Notes: generated by a model from the sequence alone, not told the origin. DNA of 63,979 nucleotides, filler included, from Neoconidiobolus thromboides FSU 785 (GCA_025603075.1; 14 parts of 14 records of this genome joined end to end with filler, not necessarily neighbours in it); one strand, 5' to 3'. Shown: positions 1 to 14,514, counted from the first letter of the whole stretch. Numbers and translations are program-made.

Positions 1-620
1 TAGAGTATTATTATTTCTTTTATAGTGATTTTCGGTTTGATGTGGACCTATCAATTATATAAAATGAGAATTGGATTTGGGATCTGGTTAGTTAATATGC
101 TCAAAGGCAGATTTTCTAAATTTTTGCCTAAATATTAATAGTTCTTTTTAATTATTTGGTTTGATTTGGTTTGATTTGGTTTGGTAATATTAAAATAAGT
201 TTTTCTATTTTTTTTGTTTTTTTATAATGTCATATAGTAACCTAGTTTATAAAACTATGCTAAATATAATATATCATATTATGTTACATACTTCTATGAG
301 GATATAATAATAGAGTATTTCAAAAAACTTTTTGGAAGTTTAATTTATCTATATAGAGCATCTCAATTCTCAAAAATATGTCCAAACGAAACGTATGGGT
401 GTATAAACTCTGTATAAAAGTGTTTATAAGTGAGGATGAGCACTTGTGAAGTAGCTTTCTACGCATCAAGTCCTCTATCTCATTGTTTCTGAGCGTTAAT
501 AAATTACTTTCAAGGATTTTTACACTATACTATTTAAGTGGAGATTATATTTACTATCGAATTAAACTCTTCATAATTGACAAAATAATACAATAAATAT
601 AATGAACTATAAACAATACT
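1..620 (+). repeat. Left arm of a ~620-bp inverted repeat bounding contig 1
   Basis: 1-~620 is the reverse complement of ~9282-9901; TAGAGTATTATT... starts the contig and ...AATAATACTCTA ends it. Only scattered mismatches seen, e.g. AGTAACCTAG vs AGTAATCTAG. Contains a TTTGG/TTTGA pentamer run at 155-184. Confidence 0.95.
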
Positions 621-1485
621 ATTAAAATTGATAATAGTGATATCTTTTTATAAATAGTTTAGTTTATAAAGTAACTCGATTTTACTTGCTGTAAAGCAGC
701 AGCTAAAGGAAAAGAGCTTTAAGGCATTATTTACAGATAAGTTGATCTAAGAACCCAGACCGTAAAAGAATAATAGAAATCATAAAGGTTTAAGAAACAG
801 AAATAATGAAAGAGGAATCAGCTGATAACTTTTGAAACTTTGTTAAAGTGGAGAACAATATGATATTGAGATTATAAAATCGGATTTTGGTTATCAAAAA
901 CTAATAGTTTTGAAAACTATTGTCGGTTTTATTAATAACTTCAATTCGACATGAGCCTAATATAAGGACTTATTTATTTGCTATTTAATTTGATAAACTC
1001 AATAAAACACTTTCATAAGGCTTATAAAGAGAACTCCGATGATCAAGAAGCAAGAACTGGATGTAAAAATTAACATTTAGCTAAAATATTAGAAAGCTTT
1101 AAAATCCGAAGAGAGAACTAATCTATGTGCTATTTGATCTTATTTCTATCATTCAATTATTCCGACATTTGAAATACTATTATTTTTATAATAAAAGAGT
1201 TCAATATTATTGAACTTTAAACTTATTATAGTTTATCGATAATATATAATACTACTACTAATCATTTTGCCATCTCTCATTCTAAAATGGACAAAGTTTT
1301 TAAATTTCCCCATTGGTCCAATCGTTGGGAATTAACTCTCATGAATCTCCGCTCAACATCCAAATTAGTTAAACTAGTCCCACTATTGACCAATAAAACG
1401 CTTTAAACTGCTCTTTTTTTTCCAAAACTCCTTTAAAATCAAAAAAACAATCCCCATCACCACTTTTCATTATTTTAGATAATAA

Positions 1486-2144
<659 letters not shown>

Positions 2145-2505
2145 AGTAAGATAGTTTGATGAGATATTAAAGAGTTATTATAGTATATAATATTGATTTT
2201 TTACGGTCTAAATTTTATTTGATAGCATTTATAATTGTGTCTTGTTTAATCATATATATTCTTATTTTCTAATATTCCAATTTTTACATAACAAACATAA
2301 GAGTTTAGAACAAAAAGAACATAATCACTTAATTAGTTGATAACAAATAAATGGTTCTTACTATAAATGGAAAGTGTTAATAGAACAACAATAAATTTTA
2401 ATATTTAAGAAAAAACTCAAAAAAATCAAAATTACTTTTTAAAAAAAATAATTATTTATTGATTTTTAATTCTTTGTAAGAATTAGAATCAAAGTTTATT
2501 TATAA

Positions 2506-4915
2506 ATGGCCAGTTTAAGTGAGATTATAAGAAAAAGTGAGTATAGCTATTTTATTAATACAATAATTAACTAATTAAACAATGTAGAATTCTTATCCAG
2601 TGTTCAAGAGGCTAGTACTTACGGCCATAAGTTAAAGCGAGTTATTATGGATCATGAAAGTTATTCTTTATATTTAAGAGTACTACCATCGGAAGCGTTA
2701 TTGGACTATAATATAGTAGATATTAGTTTAATAGACTTACATACAAATTGTCAAGAAACAATTGAAAGTAATAAGGGTTTTATTGGAATTTATTTTTTAT
2801 TCTCGATAGACAAAAGTTTTAACATGCTATTTGAACAATTTCCAATGAACAATGAAAGTGTATTTACAAAAGCACATTTATTTTTTTTGGGGGGTAAGTA
2901 AACTTTATTTGAATTATTTTATTTAGTTTATTAGATGATCTTCTTTATTTAGTTATACCACCTATAAGATTTTCTCAGTTAGCAAAAAGAGCAGATAAAT
3001 ATTGGTTAAGTTTAAAGGAATTAAATATAGATTATTATCGTAAGTTATATATTATTATTATTGTTTTAAATATTTGTTAACATTTATTAATATTTATTAA
3101 TATTTATTATAGCCCTTGAGCCCAATTTATTTAGTTTTAATTTAAAAGATAGTTTTTTAATTAATTATAGTCAAAAAAAAGAGTATATAGATAAAAAATT
3201 GTCCTTTGTTAATGATATTAGTAATAAAGTAAGCTTCATTTAATAATACAACTGATTCAAATACTAAATTTCTCCCTTCATAAGTTATACTCTCTTTGTA
3301 TAACTTTAGGCCATAACCCCATTATTCAATATTCCAAAACCAAGAACTCAATAACAGAAGAAATCAGTAAAAAACTGCGATATGAATTAGATAATTATAT
3401 TATTGAAAATCCAGAATTTCCACCTATAATGAATCCCAATAAAGGGGTCAATGGTAATACTTCTTTATTTCATTTCCCAAGGCCAAAATTATTGATATTG
3501 GATCGATTGATGGATGTGTTTCCATTATTATTAGCTGATGGAAATTATCAAAGTATTTTACACGAAACTGAAAAGGTAGAAGACAATGTTTACAAAGGGT
3601 AAGGAATTATTTATTATTATTATAAAATATGATTTATATGCTTAATCTTTTATGTTTTAGTGAAGAAGAAGACCAAAGTATTTATTTAAATCATACCGAA
3701 TTAATGATTAATAAATTAAAAGATATGAAATTAGCACAAGTAGAAACTTATTTAAGTAAAAAAAAGAAATCGTATCAATTAAAGTTACAACAAAATCAAT
3801 TAACTACTAAAAATAATCAATTGCCTATTGAAAATATGAAAAAATTAATAATTAATATTAATGAATTTAAACTAGAAAAAGGAAGTTTAGAATTTAATAT
3901 TAAGCTATTAAAAAACAGTATTAAATGGAAAAATAGTATTAAATTAGATGAATTTATTAAATTACAAAAAAAATTATTTAAAGAGAAATCTTTAGATTTA
4001 GATTCTTTGCTATTGTATTTTTGTAATTCTAAGATTAATAATCAATTTAAATTTCGATTGTTTTTAATATTAGTTTATTATTTATACTTAAATCATTATA
4101 AAAATAGTTATAGTCAAGAAAATAATAACAATAATAATAATTTAATGGATTTAAATACTTTTTTAACTTTTAATAATTTTAATCATTTACTTCATTTCTT
4201 TCCATTAAATGAAAAGCAATTTTGCATACTAACTAATTTTTATAATTTATTAATAAGTAATAATATTAATAATAATGACATTACAAACATAAATACAGAT
4301 GCAACTACAACTGATAATAAGGATGAAATCAAGGATAACAATAATAACACTCTATTACAAGAATATTTTCTATTAATTGAACAATGGCTTAAAGAAAATA
4401 TACCAACGGAAATCAATCTAAATTTATTATTTAATACTACAACTACTGTCTTAACTTCCGCCAAAACTTCCACAACTTCTAGCTTCTCCAACTATAAAAT
4501 CACCCAATTATTTCTAAATTTAATGACGAATAAATTAAATTTAATGAATTATCCTATTTATGGAGAAGACAATAAAACGAATATAAAAAATAAAACATTA
4601 AAAGTATATAAACCGTTATTTACCTATGGAAAAAAACAAACATTAATTCAACATAAATTACATCAATTAAGAGATTTAAGAGTAACAATTGGGGCCAAGT
4701 ATTCTTCTAAATATCAATTTTATTCAACCCAAAATGAAAATAATTTAACTAATTATCATGATATGATAATTCTATTTTTAACATCCAATTTTACCTTTGT
4801 AGAGTACCAATTGTTATCTAAATTAGCTATTAATAATAACATATTATTATTATGTGGCACTAGTAATATGTGTAATTTTGATCAATTTAATTATCAATTA
4901 CAAAATTTAAATTAA
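2506..4915 (+). CDS. Divergent Sec1/Munc18 (SM) family paralog, multi-exon
   Basis: 31-nt first exon (same length as in the Sec1 on the minus strand). Motifs KRVIMD, KAHLFFL, KYWLSLKELNIDY and LILDRLMDVFP. The last exon (ORF 3629-4915) starts with LMINKLKDMKLAQVETYL, resembling LWNELKHHHIADVSDYL, then becomes low-complexity. Exact splicing is inferred. Confidence 0.7.
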
Positions 4916-4951
4916 TTTAAATTAATATATATATAGTATATAAATTTAATT

Positions 4952-7900
4952 TTATTTCATAGTTGATTTTCGAACCCCACCTTTACGTCTTAATGTAGAA
5001 TCTCGTCTTAATGAATCCTCTTTTTCTTTTTTTTCTTTTCTTTTCTCTTCCCCATCAAAAGAACCTCCTGTTGCTGATATTGGTGAAATAACTTGAAATT
5101 GACTTGGGTCTGGCATCATTGTTGGATTAAATCCATCAATTGTATTATTATTATTGCTGCTATTATTATTAAACATCATTAGAGGAACTCCACCCATCAT
5201 TAACGGGGATAATATAGGATTACTTTTACGCAATTCTTTTTTATTTAAATAAGAATTGCTATTATTATTTAAGGTATCTCCAGGAGCAGAATAACCTCTT
5301 GACATATCCATTGAAGATTGTCTTAACGGATTAATTGGATTCTTTTTAATTTCTTGTGAAGAAATGGAACGTAATTCACTCTTCTGTTTGGTATTATTGT
5401 TATTATTTTGATCTAATAAATGTTCTACTGATATAGATGGTTGATTACTATTGTTGCTATAATTCGATTTAGGTTTTAATTTATTTAAAGAATTATTACT
5501 ACGATGATTAGGTAAGGGCATTGGCATTGTTATACTTGCTGGTAATGGTATATTATTATTCTCTTCATTATTCTTTATATTCTCTTGTAATATACTTCTT
5601 GTATTATTATTATCGTTCGTTGAATACCTTGATGGAGTTGATGGTAAATAATTAATTGATTGACTATTGTTACTACTATTAGAAGATGTTCTTGATGGTG
5701 TAATTGATTCTTCTTTATTACTTAATTGTGATTGTGGTCTTGATGGTAATACTGGCGGCATATTAGGTTGATTTGAGTTATTTATTGTATACTGTGATTG
5801 TGGTCTTGAATTATTGTTATCATTATTTATACTATTATTTATACTATTATTCATACTATTATTCATACTATTATTACTATATTGTGATGATGGTCTCTTT
5901 GGTAATATTGGTGGCATATTCGGTTGATTAGATGTATTTATTGTGTATTGAGATGATGGTCTAGCTACATCATTTAAATTACTTGTAATTGTAATAGGTT
6001 CATTAGTGCCTATCTTTGGTGGAGTGGTTGATGGCATTTGAGGCACATTACTATTATTAATAATGTTATTGTCCTTTTGTGGACTTGGACTTGGACTTGG
6101 TAATATTGTATCTGATTGTTCATCTGCTAATTCAATTTCAATTGTATTAAAATCAAAAGACAGCATATTTTTTAACTGGTCTAAATATAAAGTTGGTGTT
6201 GAGATATGTGTAGATCCAATTAATATTTCTTGTTTATATTTTTTACTAATATCATAAGCCTCTTTAATTTCAGTATATGTTATGCCACCTGCCATAAATA
6301 TTATAATTTTTCCGTTATTATTATTATAAATTGATAAAGCATCTTCTTCAAAAGTGTCCATACCAAATGGTATTGATTTGTCTTTTGTTGTTGAATTCGT
6401 ATTATCTTGTATTCCATTACTTGTTGCATTATTCAATGTGTTTGATTTACTTTGTATTCTCTTTTTTTTTTTTTGCCATTTAGGCTGGGATACTCTTAAT
6501 CCTTTTTTAGCACTTAGTTGATTAATTAATTCCAGTTTATCTTCTTCATTAGTAAACGGAAACTCCATAGGATTTAATCTTTTTTTACAAGCTAATGTTA
6601 ATACTTTGCTAATCTCACATTTATATCGACTTAATGCATATAATTCTTCTTCTTCTTCTTCTTTTTCCTCTTTTTCATTCTCTGATTTATTATTCCAAAA
6701 CAAAGAATATATATAACTAGTTGTTACTTTAGGTGCTTTTAATGGCTTATTATTTAATAAATGAGTAATGTTAGTCACTGCCATTCGATCGTAATCACTT
6801 AAACCAGCATGATTAATCAATTTTCTTAAACTTGATTCTGAAGGCAAATAATCGTTTGTTGAATGTCGATCAAAATATAATAAATAACAAATAATTAATC
6901 TTAATTTAGCTCTAATAGGTACTTGTAACGAATTTAGCAATGGAGCAATTATAGCTAATGGATTAGTGATTGTATTACCCTCACTATCAATATTCATAGC
7001 TAAATCTTGCTCTGCTAATATACATTTTTCAACTAATCCATTTGATATTATATCCAAACATTTATTAGCTAGATTGATATGAACTGAATATTGCTTGGCT
7101 AGCATTTGTAACTCTGGTACAGCTGATACAATATCTCTCATTTCTTTAACACTAGGTAATTTATTTTCACTTGATTCATTGTTTCTTCCCATTAAATTAG
7201 CAGCTGCTGCATTATTATTACTTAGCTCTTTTAATTTTTTCAATAAATAATCGCTAACATCTGCTATATGATGGTGCTTTAACTCATTCCATAAATTATC
7301 GCTATCACTTAATATAACTTCTTCTTTCTTCTCTTCCCCATGTCCATTGATGAATGTATGTCTAATTTAATTTGTAAATTAATTGATTGTAAAGTCATTA
7401 TAATAATTACTTACTCATGTACCCTTCCATCTTTAAGTGGTAGAAAGTCATTAACTAAAGCTTGATATGTAATAGAATGCATAATAGGAGCTAATAAATC
7501 TGTTGATCTATCTAAAAACAACCAAATTGGTCTTTGTTGATTATTACTATTTTCCATTGTTGTGGCTGCTAATTCTGGATTTTCTAATAAATAATTATCA
7601 ATACATTGTTGAAAATTGGTAGCTAAGTTTTGAGCCACATTTAGACTGCCTTCTACCATAGATTGATAACGGATGATGGGAATTTCTTCTAAGGTGAGGA
7701 CAATAGAAAGGAGCTAAAATTAAAACATTAGCTATATATTATGTTTTATATTGTTATTTTTTTATTTGATTACCTTTTTACTTATTTTTAATATTTCCGA
7801 TTCAAATAACGTTTTATTTCCTGCATATAAACAATAAAAACTATCTTCCATATTCAAAGAGAAAGTCTTCGATTCAAAAGCTAAACAAATTAAAAAAATG

Positions 7901-8413
7901 CTAATTAATAACTTTTGTCAATAAAACAGTAGTCAGTTTAAAGCTTACGCATATAATCAATATACAATTCCTTTAAAGATTTCCAATATTTACTGACATT
8001 AGAAGATAATCTTTTAAATTCACTCTGCTTCACAGGAGCTAAAAAAAATAAATGGGCTTCTTTATACCTTCTATTCCGACTATCTTGAAAGTCCGATAAT
8101 AGATAATCAATGTTTTGTTTCGTTGGTAAAATGAAATAAACAGCTACATCATTTTGACTTTTTGGTCTTGGGGTATGGATCATTTCTATTGCTTTGACGT
8201 TCAAGTTTAATAAGTCACTATCCTCACATACTATGCTATAGATTTTATAGCTCATGGCGTCCATGATTACCACTTTCCATTCACCATCTTGACTAACCGA
8301 ACGCACATTGGTTAGGAACTCTATAAGTTGAAAAGTTGTTAATAAAGGCATTAAGGTTGATTTCTAATTGACATTGACTTACTCTCTCGAAATATTTCTT
8401 GAAATGAAACCAT
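4952..8413 (-). CDS. SEC1: Sec1/Munc18 vesicle-fusion protein, multi-exon, with a long N/S/P-rich C-terminal tail
   Basis: ATG at 8413 (MVSFQEIFRE) then an intron; WKVVIMD, AVYFILPT, LFLDRSTDLLAPIMHSITYQA, EQDLA, LSRY and GGITYTE motifs in ORFs 7938-8351, 7411-7659 and 4952-7243. Confidence 0.9.
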
Positions 8414-9281
8414 ATTTATTGTTTATAATTATATAGTCTTATTTATTTATTGTCTTTTTTTGAAAATAGAATACAAAATGTAGAGAATATAAGAAATATA
8501 AAAAATATTGAAATTGATAATTAATTTTATGGCTAAATAGAAGTTCTTAACTATGAATTTTATTTAATTTGTCCATCTTTTTATGATGACATTTTTTATG
8601 CTCCTTATTTTTAGCTAAAATTCAAAAACAACGGAGTATTTTAATAAGGTAACAATATAATAATAAATCAGCTATTTTCAACTATTTTTATATTATGTAT
8701 TTATTTTATTTTTAAAAACTAGTTTAATAAGGCTCTTTCCCAATAGAAAACAATATTACATATTACTATTTTAAGTTCGATTTCAAATATTTAATTGAAA
8801 ATTACCCATAATCCTTTTTATAAACGTATTATTTACATATTTAAAATGAAGATACTCCAAGCTATTATCCTTTATTAAAAACGGCCAGTATTAAACTGCA
8901 GCCTATCACTTTTATCTTTTCATTTGCCACAAGCTTACTAAAGCTATATTATTTTGAACGAATAACCTTATACATTTTTACAAAATAAACCCATCTTTCT
9001 TCTACAGTTATCATTCAAATAGAACATCTGTTTTTCTCTAACTGACTACACTCAATCATCTTAGTCCGATTTCTCAATGCCTCTATATTCTCACCATTAT
9101 AAGAATAGGGATATATCACTTATCCTAGCTGGATTACAGAATTGAATTTAGAAAAAATTCAATCTTGTGATTCCATTTCAAAGTGAAGCAATAATTGGTT
9201 GTTAAAGTGGAACGTTAAAGTTTGTAAGTAAGGCTGAATTGCTTTATGAATAAAATTAATTACATATTGTTAACTTTTATA

Positions 9282-9901
9282 GTCTTAGTTTACAGTTCAT
9301 TATATTTATTGTATTATTTTGTCAATCATGAAGAGTTTAATTCGATAGTAAATATAATCTCCACTTAAATAGTATAGTGTAAAAATCCTTGAAAGTAATT
9401 TATTAACGCTCAGAAACAATGAGATAGAGGACTTGATGCGTAGAAAGCTACTTCACAAGTGCTCATCCTCACTTATAAACACTTTTATACAGAGTTTATA
9501 CACCCATACGTTTCGTTTGGACATATTTTTGAGAATTGAGATGCTCTATATAGATAAATTAAACTTCCAAAAAGTTTTTTGAAATACTCTATTATTATAT
9601 CCTCATAGAAGTATGTAACATAATATGATATATTATATTTAGCATAGTTTTATAAACTAGATTACTATATGACATTATAAAAAAACAAAAAAAATAGAAA
9701 AACTTATTTTAATATTACCAAACCAAATCAAACCAAATCAAACCAAATAATTAAAAAGAACTATTAATATTTAGGCAAAAATTTAGAAAATCTGCCTTTG
9801 AGCATATTAACTAACCAGATCCCAAATCCAATTCTCATTTTATATAATTGATAGGTCCACATCAAACCGAAAATCACTATAAAAGAAATAATAATACTCT
9901 A
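9282..9901 (-). repeat. Right arm of the ~620-bp inverted repeat bounding contig 1
   Basis: Reverse complement of 1-~620; the inner boundary is approximate. Confidence 0.95.
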
Positions 9902-10001
9902 NNNNNNNNNNNNNNNNNNNNNNNNNNNNNNNNNNNNNNNNNNNNTTAATTAATTAANNNNNNNNNNNNNNNNNNNNNNNNNNNNNNNNNNNNNNNNNNN
10001 N
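9902..10001. other. Artificial contig linker (44 N + TTAATTAATTAA + 44 N). The same linker occurs at 12997, 17565, 21667, 23541, 30397, 38207, 54413, 56052, 57239, 59882, 61529 and 62799, each 100 nt
   Basis: The identical 12-mer, with stops in all six frames, sits at the centre of every N run. Confidence 0.98.
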
Positions 10002-10174
10002 TCTAAGGTATGAATATCTGAACCACAGATACCACAATGAGAGATTTCAATTTCAATATCGTTATCTAAGAGCTTAACAGGAGTATAAGAGAGTAGCTGT
10101 AGTTTTTTGCCCTTCGCATAACACGCCCAGCCGGTAAATTGAGGCTCTTGTTGGGTATTGGGCTCAAATGTCAT
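10002..10174 (-). CDS. Zn-dependent (cinnamyl/NADP-type) alcohol dehydrogenase, 5' part, truncated by contig end
   Basis: GWACYAK...LLDNDIEIEISHCGICGSDIHTL (catalytic Zn Cys motif CG.C.SD.H). Confidence 0.85.
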
Positions 10175-10807
10175 TTTTTTAAGTGAGATTAAAATTTGAA
10201 AATTGAAGTAGAAATGAAATTGAAGTTCTTTATAGAATTTGATTAGGCTAATTGATAATGTGGCTTTTCGTAGGAGTTTAGAGTTTTTTGATCGTGTTTT
10301 TATAAATAGCTTATTTAATTATGGGGTTTTGGCGTCCTGCTATTAAGTTTCAGCATTTTTGATGTAGTGTTTTATTTATTGGGCATTAATTTTTTATGTT
10401 TGTATGTTTATTTAAATATTACATTTTCAAACTGAAGAATGTAAGTGAAGGGTTAAAGATAATGGATGTTCTTTTGGGAATAGACGATTAGAAAGTGAAA
10501 TTTATATATAGAAAGTCTTACATTATAGGTAAAACGCTGTGTTAATTAAAATTAAAACAGCTTTTAAATGTTGATAGTCCTAAACTTTATAATATAGAAC
10601 ACAGTCAAAAAAGCTATTTTATGTATATTAAAGGTTTGAGATTCGGGTAATACTAGTGCAACTACTCTCTCTATCATGAAAAGCGCTTAATTACCTATTT
10701 TAGACAATATCAAAGAAAAATTAGCTCAAGATTATTTTTATAACATTTTTATATAACCTTATCCATTTCAGCTTTAACATTATGTGTATGATAATGTATA
10801 AATATAT

Positions 10808-10905
10808 GGAGATGTTTTTTCAGTTTAATTACTTTTTCCATCTTTTAAGCACTATTTGAGTGGAAAGACTGTTGGTAAAAATTTTAAACACAAAAATACA
10901 TCCCC
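10808..10905 (-). mobile_element. ~98-bp MITE (strand + = GGGGATGTATTTT...AAAACACCCC orientation)
   Basis: GGAGATGT...ACATCCCC flanked by ATAT on both sides. Confidence 0.85.
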
Positions 10906-12798
10906 ATATACTAACAACAACTTTAAATGAACTAAAACTTACAAGTAAATTGTAAAGAGACTAGATTCTAAAATTTTATATTTTTATAAAAATAGTAATA
11001 GTTTTTAAGTTCAAATTTTTAAATTTTATTTATAAAAACCTGGATATGGGTAGTCTCTCTACTTAACTAGCTGTGTTTTGCAGCTTTCTTAAAGCTACTT
11101 AATATTAAATTAAGCATAACTTTTAGTTTGTTTATTTACATTTTCATTTTTGAGCAATTTAATCTAATTTTTTGAAATCTATTAGTTTGTGTTAGAATAA
11201 ATTAAGATGAAGGATTAGAAGCAAACATTTCTATTAATGTTTAATAAGGCTTATCATTATTTACATTTATATTTTATTTATATTATCCTATTAAGCTAAA
11301 AAGTTAAACAAACACATGGTGTGTATTTTTATACTTTTTTAATTTTTTAAGCAACTTAAAAAATGTAAATACTAGTTAGTCCTTTAAAGAATAATATGCT
11401 TACAACTTAATTTACCAAATAAATATGATAATTTAATTTAGTAAAACATTATTCAAATGAACCGTAATATATATCATATCAAATTTATTTATAATAATAG
11501 TCGATTACGTTATTTAGTCTCTTATTTATATAAACTAGGCTCATTATTAAAAAGGTGACTATTCAATACTTTAAAAGAGATCCCTTCAGTTTAATTATAG
11601 ATAAAAATCACAATTTTTGTTTGAGTATATTAAAATACATAATTAAATAGCAGCAAAAGCTATATCATGTTTTCTACTATCATAATAACTACATTTTTTA
11701 TTTTTTATTTTAATATAATTCCAGTCTAGGATATTTTAACTCTGCGGAGTTAGTTAATCATTTACTACTCCATTCACTTTAAAAACATCAATATTTTCGA
11801 TTTTAATTCATTAGCTATATTTATATATATTTGATAACAGCACTGAAAAACTATAGGTTAATTGAGCAACAAAAGTGTATATAGTATTAGATAATTATAT
11901 GTGAGCTCATGATGAATTGAAGTGTTACCTAATTTATAACAAAAAAAATTTATAACTACAAATCATTAAACAAAATAAATACTGTTAATATCATAGCTGG
12001 TAACGATGGTAAGACTAAGTTACTGAAATAACATCACTATTATATGTGGTCGTATTAAATAACATAATAAAGGCTACTAGATCCGTTTTTGTATAGTGTA
12101 AACTCTATTAAAAAATAAAATATGGAACTTTATAATATTATGAATGAAAATCTTTTTAAACGTGTTATTTAATTAACACACAAGATAGCAAAATAATATT
12201 TAATTTTAATCAAATAGTTAAACAATAGACAAAAAACCGAATGCACTTCCGATTTTGTTGATAAAATATCAATTAACAATCCAAAACGAGAAAATCACAA
12301 TTTATTCCTATAAAGTTTTAAAATTTCAAAATTTCAACTAAAATTCGGCTCTTTGGAACCCCGATAAAAATACAGGGACAATCGACGCGATTATAATTAT
12401 TAATCCAAATTATGAAGTGCTTGCTACACTCTAAAATAACTTGTAACTCGCATAAAGAATAAGCAGGCCTCTTTATTTTAAAATAAAATAAGGAAAAAGT
12501 AGCGCATAGACAAAATGTTAATCAATAATTGCATTCCAAATTTTATTGTTCGAGCTTTACAAGCCTTTGAAACCAAAAAAATATACATCTTCCCATATTC
12601 AACTCAAATCATAAATTAAAAGCTTAATAATCACTAGCACATAATTACATCATAAATTAAAACTAAACATTCAGAAATAAGTCATTATTATTGGCTTAAA
12701 CTTAAACAATTAATAAAATATCAAAACAACTCAAAAGTATAAATAATCAAAAAATAGAAGTTCATTCAACATAAAATAAACATCCAAATAACATCATA

Positions 12799-12996
12799 AT
12801 GTCAGCTGAAAATAAGAAAAATAAAGTAGAAGGTCAAATCAATGGTTGGGCATGCCATGGCAAAGATCAAGAGTTAGTACCATTTTCTTACACTCCAGCT
12901 GAGCTCTTAGATAACGATATTGAAATTGAAATCTCTCATTGTGGTATCTGTGGTTCAGATATTCATACCTTAGACAGTGGATGGGGTAAATCTGAT
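12799..12996 (+). CDS. Zn-dependent alcohol dehydrogenase paralog, 5' part, truncated by contig end
   Basis: GWACHGK...DIEIEISHCGICGSDIHTLDSGWG. Confidence 0.88.
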
Positions 12997-13798
12997 NNNN
13001 NNNNNNNNNNNNNNNNNNNNNNNNNNNNNNNNNNNNNNNNTTAATTAATTAANNNNNNNNNNNNNNNNNNNNNNNNNNNNNNNNNNNNNNNNNNNNAACT
13101 AAGACCATGTAATTAATTGTCTCTGAATTTGAGAACACAGCAACTTAAGTGATAATTATGGTATAATTAACCATGGAGCTGACAAAGCGATGTTTTACAT
13201 AGATAAATAATATATAACTATACAATTATATAAGCAAAGTTGTTTGACTTTATTTTTTGTTGAAATAAAAATAAAATGCAAACTTTCATAAATAAACTTC
13301 AAAATGGAATTTTTGAGAATTTTAATACAATAGGAAGGAGCATACAATCTAAACATTATAATTCACTTATATCAATTTTAAGAGCTACCTATAACAACCC
13401 AAAGTTTATGGAGTTTTGTAATAAAACGAAACAAAGAAAAGATATATTATCAAAGTTTACTATCGATAATAATAAACTTGATCAACCAATGTATAAAATT
13501 AGTGCTTTGAGGGAAACAGGAAATAAAAATCAACAAGTAGCATTATTGTCAACTACAGCTTCAGTATATCGTTTTGATGAATATAAAAGTTTTGGGTTTA
13601 ATATAAACAGAAATCAACATGGTTATTCAAAAATAAGTAATAATAATAAAATATCAACATTACAACCTATTATTAAGATACCAAAAAAATTAAAGATGAG
13701 CAAATTGAAACTATTATACAAAATTTACTAAATGATTCAACTATTTCATCAAGATTTAATAAAAAATGATGACAATAGATATTCATCGGATAACATAT

Positions 13799-13896
13799 GG
13801 GGATGTTTTTTTGACTTCATTACTTTTTTCATTTTTTAAGCACTATTTGAGCGCAAATTTTGTTAGTGAAATTCTTAAACATAAAAACACATCCCC
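13799..13896 (-). mobile_element. ~98-bp MITE inside the transposase relic
   Basis: ATAT/ATAT TSD. Confidence 0.88.
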
Positions 13897-13928
13897 ATAT
13901 ATTAAATAAAACTAGAAGAATAGTATAT

Positions 13929-14027
13929 GGCGATATTTTTTTGCGTTTAAGAATTTTATTAACGATTTTTTCGCTCAAATAGTGCTTAAAAGATGGAAAA
14001 AGTAATGAAGCCAAAAAAAACACCCCC
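13929..14027 (+). mobile_element. ~98-bp MITE inside the transposase relic
   Basis: ATAT/ATAT TSD; inverted relative to the copy at 13799. Confidence 0.88.
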
Positions 14028-14514
14028 ATATAGTAAACATTTTAACGATCTAAAATATAAAGCAAAGTAGTAGCTAGGTCAACATTTTTAAATATATACC
14101 AAGTAATTTCAAAAATCCAGCAAGAAAAACAGATTTATGTAATATATATGCCCAGTATACAATTAGAAAAAAGTTATTTGAAAATAAAATAAATATAGCA
14201 ATAAAAAACAAAGCAGAGATAGAAGAAATTTTCAATGAAAAACTATACAAATTACATAAATTCTGTGTTGATACTCAAAAAAACATATTTAATGAAATTA
14301 TTAAAAAATTAAATAATAGAAATTGTATAATAATTTTAGATTTAAGCAAAACATGGAAATAGAAACAAGACCAGATTCAATAAATCTAGATGATTGTAAT
14401 GAACAAGCTATATCAGTATTAGGCTTTGGTGTATTATATTTAAAAGATGATAAAACAATAGACAAAGTTTACTTTGATTATTTATCTGAAATATTGAATC
14501 ATGATTCAGCATGT

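Noticed and set aside
155-184. TTTGG/TTTGA run as a telomere
   Set aside because: Only 30 nt, internal to the inverted arm and 150 nt from the contig end.
9946-9957. TTAATTAATTAA palindrome repeated 13 times
   Set aside because: Always centred in 44+44 N; an artificial six-frame-stop linker. ORFs that run through it (X residues) are truncated by the assembly, and neighbours across linkers are not real.
13829-14029. ORFs 13829-14029 and 24661-24891 as genes
   Set aside because: Largely made of MITE sequence.
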